A DNA stretch of 64,000 nucleotides from Octopus vulgaris (taxonomy: Eukaryota). The translations under genes and the position numbers were made by a program. Where the stretch lies: contig OX597820.1 of the NCBI GenBank assembly GCA_951406725.2, positions 78,678,001-78,742,000 of the forward strand. The letters run 5' to 3'. Of the stretch, positions 26,353 to 38,126 are shown in pieces (positions within the stretch are counted from its first letter, which is position 1; every line of letters starts with the position of its first letter). The notes below the pieces were generated by a model, which saw only the letters and a program-made list of their open reading frames with translations, ran no database searches and had not been told where the DNA came from.

Positions 26353-28489
26353 CAGGGGTGGGCGAACTTTTTTGATCGCGGGCCGCACAGTGCGTCTTTG
26401 GAACCTTGGCGGGCCTCATTTATAAAAATCAAGTGAAAATATTTTTAAAGGCGGTTATAGACCTATAAACACACAATTGATTGAAAGGAAATTTGTAAAA
26501 TATTCCTGGTTTAAGTGATTTAATTTATTTTTTAGAGTATCGGGTTCATGTTTTTCGGTTATTTGCTCCTATAGTTGAAATTATTACAGGAACCTCGGTT
26601 ATTTTGGACAGCCTGTTATTGCTTAAAAATTGCCAGGAACGGAATTTTCCTTGTAAAATCTGCACTAATTGTGGACAACCATGATGAATATTATACTTAA
26701 ATTCTAGGATACCCAAAATAAAAGATTTTAAAGAGAAATAACAGTTTATTAATATGAATTGATATCTGAAATTAGAAACGTCACCTGAAGCATTTATTTG
26801 AAAAACAAAGCGGCTCTGTAAATAACAATGTCAATGAGAATGATGCAGCTGACTACTGTCATTTACCAGTTTGTCAAAATTAGGTGTCAAGTTGCTTGTG
26901 CTGATTCTTAACACTGACTGAAGATTTGAGTCTGTGAGAAGTGATCGATTCTTCCCCTTGTTAATTTTCATGATGGAGAAAGTCTGCTCACATATGTAAG
27001 TTGACGCAAACAACACAAACATCTTTCTTGAAATTTTTTTTAGATTTTGAAACATTTTTGAATGTAGAGAAGCATAAAACTCGACCAGTGGTTTACTTTC
27101 AAACATCATCTTTAAAGAAATGTCGGCTTGCAAATGAATCAGTTCTATCTGCAGTTCCTCGGTAGTTGTTTCAATGTCACAGGCAAGAGGTGAGTTAAGC
27201 AAATCGAACAGGCCTTCAACTGCCTTGAAATCAGCAAATCTTCTAATGAATTCCTTTTGTAAAGCCATCAACTGGGAACTGTACTTGTCCGATGATTCTT
27301 GTGTAACAGACTGTGTTTTCAGCAGAGGGAAGTGAATAAAGTTTTGCTCATTCAGCTGCTTGGCAAAAAGTCCAAGCTTCCATTGAAGAGCTTTCACTTC
27401 CAGGTACAATTCATGAGCAAATATACCTTTGCCTTGCAGTTTTGTGTTAAGTTCATTCAGCTTCTGCATTATGTCCACAGCAAATGCAAAATCACAAACC
27501 CATTCGTCACTCTCCATTTCGTTTAAAAAGTCACAGGAGATGTCTTGCATTTTGAGAAACATAAGAATCTCTGCTTTGAGGTCCCATACTCTCTTAAGAA
27601 CTTTTCCAATGCTTAACCAGCGGACATTTGTGTAGTACAGCACATCAGTAAAATCAGCCTCCACATCCTCCAAGAAACTTCGGAATTGCCTGTGTTTCAA
27701 TCCCCGTGATCTTATTAAATTCACTGCACGCACCACAGATTCGATGACATGTTTGAGTTTTAAAGATGACTTACAAAGGCTTTCTTGATGTATGATGCAG
27801 TGAAAAGACAACACACTGTGTAGTGGAAAATCTTCTTTGATTTTGTCATTCAACAACTTCACAAGGCCGGAATGTTTACCGGTGAGTGAAGGAGCTCCAT
27901 CTGTTGTAATGCTGGCCAGTTTATTGAGGGTTAATCCAGACCTGATTGAACTGTTAATGACACCGTTGAACAAATCTTTTCCAGTAGTAGTGTCTTTCAG
28001 AGACTCCATAGATAACAATTCCTCTGTAATTTCAAAGTTTTCGTCAATTCCTCTGATGTAAATGAGTAACTGAGCAGTATCCTGAATATCAGTACTCTCA
28101 TCTAAAGCAATAGAAAACCACTGAAATCGACCACTGGCTGTTAACAGCTGTTCATGAATATTCACGGCAATTGCATCAATGCGACGAACAATAGTTCTTC
28201 GTGACAGGGAAATGGCTTCTACTTTTGACTTAACTTCAGGACACACAACGCTGACAGCATCAACCATACAATCTTTGACAAATTCTGCTTCTGCGAATGA
28301 CTTGTTTTGCTTTGCAATTTTGTTGGCCAATATAAAACTTGCCTTTGTCGCGTTCCTTTGTAAAGAGGAAGTTTTATCAAGCACATTTTGCTGTTGCTTC
28401 AAACGTTTTGTCAGATCATTTGCTTTCTTTTGCAGTTCTTGTTTTGATAAATTGTGTCCAAAATTGGCGTGCTTCGTTTGAAAGTGGCG
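26353..28489 (-). mobile_element. hAT DNA transposon (Buster/Charlie/SPIN group), one end missing
   Basis: TIR caggggtgggcgaact at 26353 is preceded by 8-mer ctcTAtac (NNNTANNN, Buster-type target). Transposase ORF inside; no opposite TIR. Confidence 0.9.
26831..28489 (-). CDS. hAT transposase (GTF2IRD2/SPIN-like), 5'-truncated, 552 uninterrupted codons
   Basis: Motifs IALDESTD (D), ITTDGAP (D), HCIIHQE (CxxH), VRWLS, FASTYICEQTFS (E, dimerisation domain). Starts mid BED finger (RHFQTKH). The first 28 residues of the supplied ORF come from flank and microsatellite. Confidence 0.92.
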   Translation of the reverse strand, partial: RHFQTKHANFGHNLSKQELQKKANDLTKRLKQQQNVLDKTSSLQRNATKASFILANKIAKQNKSFAEAEFVKDCMVDAVSVVCPEVKSKVEAISLSRRTIVRRIDAIAVNIHEQLLTASGRFQWFSIALDESTDIQDTAQLLIYIRGIDENFEITEELLSMESLKDTTTGKDLFNGVINSSIRSGLTLNKLASITTDGAPSLTGKHSGLVKLLNDKIKEDFPLHSVLSFHCIIHQESLCKSSLKLKHVIESVVRAVNLIRSRGLKHRQFRSFLEDVEADFTDVLYYTNVRWLSIGKVLKRVWDLKAEILMFLKMQDISCDFLNEMESDEWVCDFAFAVDIMQKLNELNTKLQGKGIFAHELYLEVKALQWKLGLFAKQLNEQNFIHFPLLKTQSVTQESSDKYSSQLMALQKEFIRRFADFKAVEGLFDLLNSPLACDIETTTEELQIELIHLQADISLKMMFESKPLVEFYASLHSKMFQNLKKISRKMFVLFASTYICEQTFSIMKINKGKNRSLLTDSNLQSVLRISTSNLTPNFDKLVNDSSQLHHSH

Positions 28490-28573
28490 TATAGAGTCTA
28501 TACTTTCTTTCCACCTAATACATACAAGCACACACACACATACACACACACACCAACACACACACACACACAA

Positions 28574-28589
<16 letters not shown>

Positions 28590-28615
<26 letters not shown>

Positions 28616-29200
28616 CAGAGTTTGTGTGTCTGTGTGTGGTGCTTATGTTCCTTATTGATTCGAAAACTGAGTTGCCGATTTTGACGTAGATGCTATCAAA
28701 AGATTCAGTAATCTTTCGGCTACCAACTATGCTTTTTGAACAACTCTTTTTTACAACAAAAATAACTTCGAAAACGTGGTCGGATCGCACAATTTTGAGA
28801 TAATTTCCGGGCAATATTTGGATTTGCTTCTAATCTACGTTGCCAAATTTTATGTTTTTGATGTCGAAAAATGCAGCAATACATAAGGAGTGCTATGAGT
28901 GCACTTGTGATATACAAAACCCTATATGTCAACGGAAAATGTGAATAGAAATATTTTAATAATTACTGGGACATTTTCCGTCAATAATGGCCTTTGTACC
29001 ACAACTAAACTGCCAATGTGAACGTCTTCAGTATTCCATGATTAAACAATTTCTTTGAAGTACCGTGATACTGTTTCTTTGCACAAAGCCCTAATTTTCA
29101 ACAGAAAATTGACCAATGAACCGTGTTCTGGCATAATTGTGATCGTTTCTGACATTACTACCGAAAACAATTTGTCCATGTAGATTTTCTTGGTAGCAAA
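28590..29200 (+). mobile_element. Possible non-autonomous Helitron-like 5' portion
   Basis: tatata...tgtgtctgtgtg...aaaactgagttgccgattttga resembles the 5' regions of the elements at 14596 and 42321. No 3' hairpin/CTAG found; right boundary is a guess. Confidence 0.3.
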
Positions 29201-30234
29201 TGACTCAGGAATGTAAAAGGAACGTTCTCAGGTTAAAATTCAATAAAATTTCCCGAAGGATTAAGCACAGTAACAGCACGTGAAGCAATGACTGAAACCT
29301 TTCAAGTTTTTCTCTTTTTTTTTTTTTTTGCCTTTAACATTTTTCTCTTTATTCAACCCAATTTATGCAAAGTTGCTTATCGTTATTAGTATATATTCAT
29401 GCCTATTATTCATTCCATAAGCTGTAAAGTCCGTAAAGATTATGCTACAATCTCCTTATTTTTCACAGTGGTTGAGCGTGTACTATAACATAGGTGGTGC
29501 GATGGAAAACAAATTTCTGACCTGATAACCTCAGTGAAGACAACAACAACACCACGCATCTATGCGAGGGCAAATTAAGGTCACATACGCACATGAGTCC
29601 GCCCACGGTGTGTGTCCTTTCATTGGTCGTGATGCACACCATGTTCACTGAGTGGCACAATTTCAAATCAATTTTTCCTTATCAGAGACATGTACTGCAA
29701 TACCAGTTTTATATTTTCTACGGATTGCTTAGAGTCATAGTTACACCCACCGTTTACCCGCACTTGGTTGAATTTCTTCACTTTCACATTCAGAGCATTG
29801 GGCAGAAATCACATCACGTCTGTGCAGCCTGGCTGGCTACTCGATGCTCAGTCGGATTCCCTCGGTCCGTACCAGTTCCGAGGCGACGGATCGCTGCCGG
29901 TTGAACGCCTGCCGTGCGTCGCTTCGACCGACTCCATGCGAGGAGGAGCCAGGCGCACCGACGAAAGATCATCGATGATCTGACTATGTCAGCTGCTGTA
30001 GGCAGCTTGTTTCCCTTGTCAGCCCATTAAGATAATGCTTCTGTGACTATTGAGTTAATTTGGCTCTTATTTCTAGCAATACTGGTGCGGATCAGTGCCT
30101 TTTATAAACTTTAGTGACGTATATATTTCTGCCTTTAGGTTGTAAAATTGCGAATAAGCCACCCATATCATTTATAATTTTCACTTTTACCGTTTATGAA
30201 ATCAGCGACCGACCTCCTCGCGCTATCTCGCCTG

Positions 30235-30470
30235 ACATTGTCGTCGGAGATGCTTTTGTTGTGCTTTTGGGCCAGATTGCTTCACTCACTCACAATATGT
30301 AAAACTGTTTCGTTTCTGCTCCCGCGCATCTTACAAAAGGGCGATTCACTGCTCTTATCTATTTGGTGTAATTAGTTCTCAGAGCTTGTTCCTGGGCGCT
30401 ACATATCAATGTCTCGGTGCATCTTTTCAGATCACCTTTTCTTAGCCATCTCCAACTGTTGATCTTTGAT
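30235..30470 (-). pseudogene. R4-clade LINE fragment (zinc-knuckle region)
   Basis: Manual translation SWRWLRKGDLKRCTETLICSAQEQALRTNY, frameshift, then DKSSESPFCKMRGSRNETVLHIVSE*. Confidence 0.75.
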
Positions 30471-30487
30471 CAACCAACTGTTGATTC

Positions 30488-31280
30488 GGACACATCATAA
30501 ACAGTTGTCCGAAAATGTCATCACGGTATTATCAACCAATGAGACGTGACGTTGTAGCTAGGACACTCTATAATGAAATCCATCGGAAGGATAACTCCGA
30601 GGACAAAGAAATAAGAACCCACAATATGGTAGAATCCATAGCCACTCATAATAAAAAGGAATAGTGGTGGAATGTACAAGTGAAGACCTTAACAAAATGT
30701 AAGCACAACAGACCTGATATAATGATTTGGGATAGAGAAGAGAAACTGTGCATAGTTGTAGAAATTAGCTGCCCAGCGGATGTTAACACAAAGTTGAAAA
30801 TCAGTGAAAAAGAGAGCACCTATGCTGAACTATTGAGAAATCTGCAGTTACTCTATCCAGATTACAAGGCCAGGTTTGTGCCTTTATTTACTGGGGCCCT
30901 GGGATTTGTAACACACTGCCTAAATATCAATCTTGAGAAATTAGGCTTCTCAAAACCGGAAAGGAGAAAGCTAATTCGAAGACTACAGATCCAATCCATC
31001 ACTGGAACTGTAAAAATCTGTAAAACTTTCCAGAAGTTTATCATTTAAATATATAAGAGCATGTCTAGATATGGAACTATATGCATGAAAGTACATACAT
31101 AAAACATACAAAATCTGCACGTACATACATACATACATACATACATACATACATACATACATACAAACAAAGAAAAATACCCTGTTGTTGATGTTGAACT
31201 TCAATGAAGAAGCCTTGGATGTAGGTTACAAACCGGTTCTTTCTCTATTGGCAAGAAATCTTGAAATAAACTGAATAAAG
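30488..31280 (+). mobile_element. R4-clade (RLE) LINE 3' end with probable 3' UTR, ending in (ACAT)n
   Basis: HIINSCPKMSSRYYQPMRRDVVAR...HNRPDIMIWD...VVEISCP (PD-(D/E)xK endonuclease). Stop at 31048; one in-frame stop near 30662. Confidence 0.85.
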
Positions 31281-31769
31281 ACATACATGCATTCATACAT
31301 ACGTTCGTACATACATACATACATACATACATACATACATACATACATACATACATACATACATACATACATACTATATACATACATACCTATATTATGT
31401 TATATTTTGTGCAGTGTACGTTACAGAATCATTTAGAATGCTGTATTGCACTTTAAAAGACATTTGAATTATACAAATTTATATTTCACTAAAAACAGAA
31501 AAAAATATATATATATATTATGAACAAAGCCAGTTAAAACTCTCGGAAAGGTTATCAATATATCCAGACCATCGTTTTTATTAATATGAGCTGAAACTAA
31601 AACTGCTGAATGTGTAAAACGGAATTGATTAGGTAAGCCTTTCAAGTTGAAAGTTAATTCAATTACATATATCGATATCTGGTTTTTTCACTGAAGCTTT
31701 TGTTTCCGCTTGACCATTTATTTATCTCTAAATACATCCATGCAGCAATAACGTAACAACACGTAAATA

Positions 31770-31808
<39 letters not shown>

Positions 31809-31933
31809 ATATATATATACATACATACATATATATATATATATGTATATATATTTATATACATATATATATACAAATACATGTACATATATATATATAC
31901 ATATACATGCATATATGCATATACATATGTATG

Positions 31934-31965
<32 letters not shown>

Positions 31966-32254
31966 TGTATGTATGTATGTATGTATATGTATATATACAC
32001 ATACACATACTCACATAAATATATAGTGTGTAGATATACATGATATGTTTCGCTGAAAGAAGCTAACGATTTAACGAACGTATACGGGTTCAGACACACA
32101 TACACACACACACATATGAAATATTATACAATGTGTGTGTGTGTTTGTTTTGTTGTATGGATGTTTGTGAACGTCTACATTTTCTTTAGTTTCTCATCAC
32201 GTTTTAGCGACTCGCAGCCTTCTAATTTTTCTATCTATCAATCTATCTATCTTA

Positions 32255-32293
<39 letters not shown>

Positions 32294-32323
32294 TAAGTAT
32301 ATGTAATACGTATATACTGTACG

Positions 32324-32360
<37 letters not shown>

Positions 32361-32565
32361 GTACACACACACACACACACACATATACATATATATAAAC
32401 ATATATATATATATCTATATTAGTGCACATAGGATACAAGCTACTAACAGTTTGTTGCTATGAGGACACGTGTCTAGTAGGATTTTATAACATGCCTCAT
32501 GTCTCCAAGCATACGGTATAGTTTTCATGAAGCATTGTTACACACACATACACAAAACGCGCGCG

Positions 32566-32613
<48 letters not shown>

Positions 32614-32619
32614 TACTTT

Positions 32620-32980
32620 TATTCTTTTATTCTTTTATTTATTTGAGTCATGTAACTGCGGCCATGCCTGTTCACTGCCTTCAAAGGTTCTAGTCAAACA
32701 AATCAATGTCAGGATTTATTTTTTAAGTCGAGTGCTTATTCTATTGCTCTCTTTTGCCGAACCGCTAAATTAAAGGGCCGTAAACACACCAACAGCGGTT
32801 GTCAAGCGGTGATGGAGGGACAAATACAGACGTGGACATATATATATATAAACTCACAAGGCTTTGGTCAGCCCGAGGCTATCGTAGAAGACACTTCCCC
32901 AAGGTACTTCACTGTGGGACTGAACCCGAAACCATATGGTTGGGAAGCAAGCGTCTTACCACACACCCACTCCTGCGCCT
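32620..32980 (-). mobile_element. SINE family A
   Basis: Collinear with other copies; small internal deletion. Confidence 0.88.
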
Positions 32981-33297
32981 GAAATAATATATATATATAT
33001 ATATATACAGAGAGAGAGAGAGTGAGTTAGCGTTTGTAGTAACCAACTAAGGGATAAAATATCCGTATATACTATGAGTATCTGTTACTTGTGTTAGCCA
33101 CGGGCAATAGTGTGCAGGGACATCATATACGTCGAGCGCAGATAAGGAGAGGATAAAGAAAAGTTTACCAGGAGCCAATGCAAAAATTTAGAATACGGAG
33201 TCTTGCATTGTATCAATAAATATGCTTTTAAAATATACTCCTATCGATGCACTGGTTAATCAATGTTTTTCGCCCTTTTCTAATTATATGTATATAT

Positions 33298-33505
33298 ATT
33301 CTTTTATTCGTTTCAGTCATTTGACTGGGGCCATGCTGGAGAACCGCCTTTAGTAGAACAAATCGACCCCAGGATTTAATTTTTGTAAGCCTAGTACTTA
33401 TTTTATCGGCCTCTTTCGCCGAACCGCTAGGTTACGAGGACGTAAACACATCCGCATCGGTTGTCAAACGATGTTGGGGAGACAAACACACAAATACATA
33501 CACAC

Positions 33506-33562
<57 letters not shown>

Positions 33563-33767
33563 CATACATACATACATACATACATACATACATACATACA
33601 TACATACATACATACTACGGCTTCTTTCAGTTTCCGTCTACCAAATCCACTCACAAGGCTTTGATTGGCCCGAGGCTATGGAAGAAGACACTCGCCAAGG
33701 TGCCAGGCAGTGGGACTGAACCCGGAACCATGTGGTTGGTAAGCAAGCTACTTACCACACTGCCACT
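33298..33767 (-). mobile_element. SINE family A, near consensus
   Basis: Collinear with 1636-2023; central (CA)(TA)(TACA) tract. Confidence 0.9.
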
Positions 33768-34094
33768 ATTTATCCTCTATATAATAGAGGATTTTTTTTT
33801 TTTATCAATGGCCAGCATATAAAATTATACCAATTAAGGTGAAAATTATATGTATAATTATAAGGGATTAGAAAATTTTCTAGCTTATATGCTGAAAAAT
33901 AGACGCTAAATCATCTCACCATTCAAAGAAGTCATAAACACAAGTGTTGAATTCGACGCAACAAGCTAACTTAAATTTTTAATAAAGTAGATAGTTCTGT
34001 ATTTGCCTAATTTCTGGGTTTGCCTAAAGGCTCTTCCGTCTTCAGTAGAACGCACTAATAGAAATAAACGAAATATTTATATATACTCACAGAA

Positions 34095-34390
34095 ACACCT
34101 GGAGAGGAGGAGACTCTGACTCCAAACCCTCGCTCCGCTGCCTTGCGGATGCTCTTGGGAGAGGGAAAGGCTATGGGAGTAAACCCAGACAGAAAATCCG
34201 GAGTGGAGCCCCGAAGGCGGTAGGGTGTCGAATCTCGACCCCTTTCCGGCAACTCCTGCAGCCAACCAGATTCCAAACATACTGCACTGCATTCCTTTGG
34301 ATTATGTCTGGGGGGCCGAGAGGGAGATTCTGGTGTCTGGGCAGCCCAGTGTCTTCGTTTCTACCGCCCAGGCTTGCGCCATGGAGAAGC
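34095..34390 (+). mobile_element. RTE-type LINE 5'-UTR-like fragment
   Basis: actctgactccaaacc...gctgccttgcgg...gggaaaggct..gggagtaaaccc...aaaatccggag...ggcaactcctgc resembles RTE 5' UTRs (recall only). Confidence 0.5.
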
Positions 34391-34528
34391 TACTCCATCG
34401 ATGGAACTCACAGGAAAACAAAACGCAAAGCCACATATACATATAAATAGCCCATATATCATTCGAAGATATACAGAACTATTTTATTTAAAATTTCCGT
34501 TAGATTGTTGCGTCGAATTCAGCACGTT

Positions 34529-35125
34529 CTATTTTTGATTCGATGGTCATTCGGAATGCTCACAGCAGCCATATTCCTACCGCTCTATGTCACGCTGGTG
34601 AGACCCATATTGGAGTACGAGATTCAAGCCTCTTCTCCTTATCTCCTCAAAGACATACATCATCTCGAAAGAGTCCAGAAGCTGGCTACCCGCATGGTTC
34701 TTGGTCTCAAACATGTGTCTTATGAAGAAAGGCTGAAGACGCTCGACCCTTATTCTCTAGAAAAACGACGACGCCGTGGTGATCTCATTCTCGCTCACAA
34801 CATCATAAGCGGAAAGTGTAACCTCTCGAAAGGGCTGTTCTTCACTCCTGCTCCAGAGCGTCGGCTGCGGGGTCACTCCGAAAAGCTCTATCTGCGACGA
34901 TTTCATCTCAATCAAAGGAGAGGGGCTTTCTCCGTCCGGGTTGCGGATCCGTGGAATAAGCTCCCGGACGAGATAGTGAAGATGCCGACGACCGCTCGGT
35001 TCAAAGTCTCTCTTGACAAGAAATGGCCTGAACTCTTTGCATGAACACCCTCCCTGTACATAACTTCATGTCCCCCTACATGGCCTTGCTTTTTGCTTTT
35101 TGAGCCAAAAAATTAACTTAACTTA
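34529..35125 (+). mobile_element. CR1 LINE, 5'-truncated 3' end
   Basis: LYVTLVRPILEY...LERVQKLATRMV..L..VSYEERLK.L...SLEKRRRRGDLI...WNKLP; (TTAAC)n tail; acgtt duplicated at 34524-34528 and 35126-35130. Confidence 0.92.
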
Positions 35126-35437
35126 ACGTTTGTTTGTGACTTCTTTGAATGGTGAGACGACTTAGCGTCTATTTCTTCTCATATAAGGCAGAAAATTTGT
35201 CTAAGTTCTTATTATGATTATACGGAGGATGGCAGCTGTTGCTTTTTCATAAAAATGTGGCAGTTTCAAAACAAAGCATGTGTGGGTTATGTTGGATGGT
35301 CTGGTGTTTTTCTGGCGTTTAGTGAAAGAGTATGGATAGCCTTACTCTGGTGACCCCTTGATCCTGTATAAATTTCCATAACATAATATAGTTTGTACCT
35401 ACCTCTTTAAGTATATATACATGCATACCGTTGTTGT

Positions 35438-35735
35438 GAGGACGCATAGCCTATTAGTTAGGGTGTTGCACTCATAACCGCAAAATCGTGTTTTCAATTC
35501 CTAGACCGGGTGGTGCGTTGTGTTTATCAGCAAAACCCTTCATCTAACGTTGTTCTGCAATCACTTCGACACCTGGCGCATGCTACAACGTACACCTGTT
35601 CAGGCGGTAACGTCGATTTGATGGAGGGAGCCAGCTAATGAACGGCACATGTATTTGATCACTAGAAACGAATCATTTGCGCAGCTTTTTCAGCAAGAAG
35701 CTGCAATACCATCTTTCTTGAACTACGAGAGACAA
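35438..35735 (+). mobile_element. tRNA-derived SINE family E (degraded)
   Basis: Head resembles families C and D (ttagggtgttgcactca...ttcaattcc.agaccggg...gcgttgtgtt). Confidence 0.55.
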
Positions 35736-36619
35736 CCATGGTTTGTATAGATAAAACTTACTTGGAAAAGGATGCGTGGCTTTCGATCTTAGAATAATAT
35801 AAATAATATATAAATATATGCATATATACATACATATATGTACATACCTACATATATGTGTATATATATATGCATATATGGGTACAGGACATTAAAAAAC
35901 GTAGACAGAATGAGAAACTAAAACATATAAAACAAACACAAACTTTTTTCGAACAACGGGGAAAAAAACTGGGAAATGAGACATGCAGCATAAAGAACAT
36001 TCTCTTTATCAGTTGTCCCCTGTTTTACTACTCCGTGTTTCGAAGGTGAGGACAAGACGCGACTTCGTTAAAACAGTACTTCCCGCAAAGCAGATTAAAT
36101 AAAATCTGGGATCTTTTGCGGAGGGTGAAAGTGGTAACAAAAACAGGACAGTGAGAACAAAACAGTAAAAACAAACGATGAGGGCTGTGAAGCCAAGACG
36201 ATGTGAAGTGGTGAATGCAGGAAAAACGAGCTTTGAGAAGTGACAGACAACAGCACGTCTTGTCTTTAGGTTTGTATATTTGTTGATAACTCAAAGGTGA
36301 TTTACAAATATCAAAAAGTGTATGCATTTCTTTGCGGAGAGTAATTTTATTCTACGGACCTCCGAAATAACGTCCCAGTACATTTCTACTGCGACACTCT
36401 GCTCAATGAGAGATTAAGCATATATAGATTATTTCTTAAGTTGTCTGTTCAGGTTTACATCAGTTCTCTTACATCATCCATGGTATGTTGCTTAACCATT
36501 TCTATGCATTGGACTGTAAAAAAATGTACAAAATATAGTAACTACACAATCCATACTGCAACATTGAGATGTTAATGGACTTACTGAAGGGTGACATCTC
36601 CCTTTGTCCATATTCCGAT

Positions 36620-36950
36620 AATTAGAGCATCGGGCTCACAATCATGAGGTAGAGAGTTCGATTCCTGGACCGGGTTGTGTGTTGTGTTCTTGAGCAAGAC
36701 ACTTTATTTCATGTTGCTCCAGTTCACTCATCTGTAGAAATGAGCTGCGATATCCCTGGTGCCAAGCTGTCTCAGCAGCTTTTGCCTTTCTCTTGGATAA
36801 CATCGGTGGCGTAGAGAAGGGAGTCTGGTAAGCATCGGCATTTGCTGGTCTTCCATAAGCAACCTTGCCCGGACTTGTGCCCCGGAAGGGAACTTTCTAG
36901 GTACAATCCCATGATCAGTCATGACTAAAGGGGGTTCTTTACCCTTTTAC
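36620..36950 (+). mobile_element. tRNA-derived SINE family D (CORE-like + RTE-like body)
   Basis: B box gagttcgattcc; gtgttcttgagcaagacactttatttc; tail ...tttacccttttac. Related fragment at 23270-23380. Confidence 0.8.
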
Positions 36951-37858
36951 ATTCGACAAACCTCATGCATAAATCTATACGTTGCATATTTCTGTGTGTC
37001 TCTTTGTTTACCATTTTCAGATCAACCAGAAGCAAGCCAATTCTATAAATATTTCCCCAGCACAGTAGAGCAAACAAGATTGCTAATGTCACATTATGCA
37101 ATATCACACCATACAATAACATATATTCTGCTTGATATCATTAGTAATATCACACTACATAATTTCATACCACAAGATATGATAATACATATCATAATAT
37201 ATAATATTATACCACTTAATGTCATATCCTACCGCATCAGTATCATAACACACATCATAATCACTCAATATCATAGTGTATAATATCATACCAAACACTA
37301 TCACGATATCATATGATACATCACATCACTAATACCATATCACGCGATACAATGTCACACCATAAAAAATTATACCACAGGGTATCATAACATATCATAT
37401 CACAGAACATCATATCACATGACAGTATTTTAATGGATGCAAGGTGGCAAATTTCATCTCAGCATGAGTGCAGAAGGCCGATATGCATCTGGAGGTCTCG
37501 TCACCCGCTGTAGTCACCATGTTCGCCTTCCTCCGATATATATCCTGTGTTTTTAAACACAGCACGTTCATAATAAATGTTATCTCTTAATGAATATCGC
37601 AGTAAATTCTACTTTCGACTATGTATTTACATTAAATATGATACGTAAATAATTATCTTAATTTAACACGTGTGTATATTCTATAATAACAGTTTATTCT
37701 GCTCCATGCAGCTTAAAGTCTCGTAGGCTCCGGTCAAACGAACCTATGTCGTCAGGCTCAGTTGTAGGAAACAGAATTAGACTGTTATTAAACATTTTAT
37801 GTAACTCTTAGCAAATGTGTTGAGTGCCACTTTCATTCGTTTTTGTCCACTAATTCTT

Positions 37859-38126
<268 letters not shown>

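Larger units (their letters stand above)
33852..35223. repeat. ~150-bp imperfect inverted repeat (33852-34002 versus 34471-34528 + 35131-35223)
   Basis: gaattcgacgcaacaa / ttgttgcgtcgaattc and tctcaccattcaaagaagtca / tgacttctttgaatggtgaga. The right arm is split by a CR1 insertion. Confidence 0.85.

Noticed and set aside
27299-28481. Plus-strand ORFs over the transposase (and similar ones at 43848-45443)
   Set aside because: Antisense shadows of real TE reading frames.
28490-28573. N-terminus of the 580-aa ORF
   Set aside because: Derived from the palindromic junction, flank and (CA)n tract; no transposase similarity.
29596-29610. Possible second hAT TIR (agtccgcccacggtg)
   Set aside because: Lacks the terminal cccctg and is not followed by the TSD; the TSD remnant lies at 28497-28503.
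31203-31240. Hammerhead-like aatgaaga-agcc...ggtt-acaaaccggt in the LINE 3' region
   Set aside because: C3 and the GAAA are both absent.
36001-36046. Permuted (type II) hammerhead on the minus strand: cttcGAAAcacgg...CTGATAAaga
   Set aside because: Core mutated and no stem I/III or UH site can be drawn. The surrounding 35880-36270 segment may still be a repeat.
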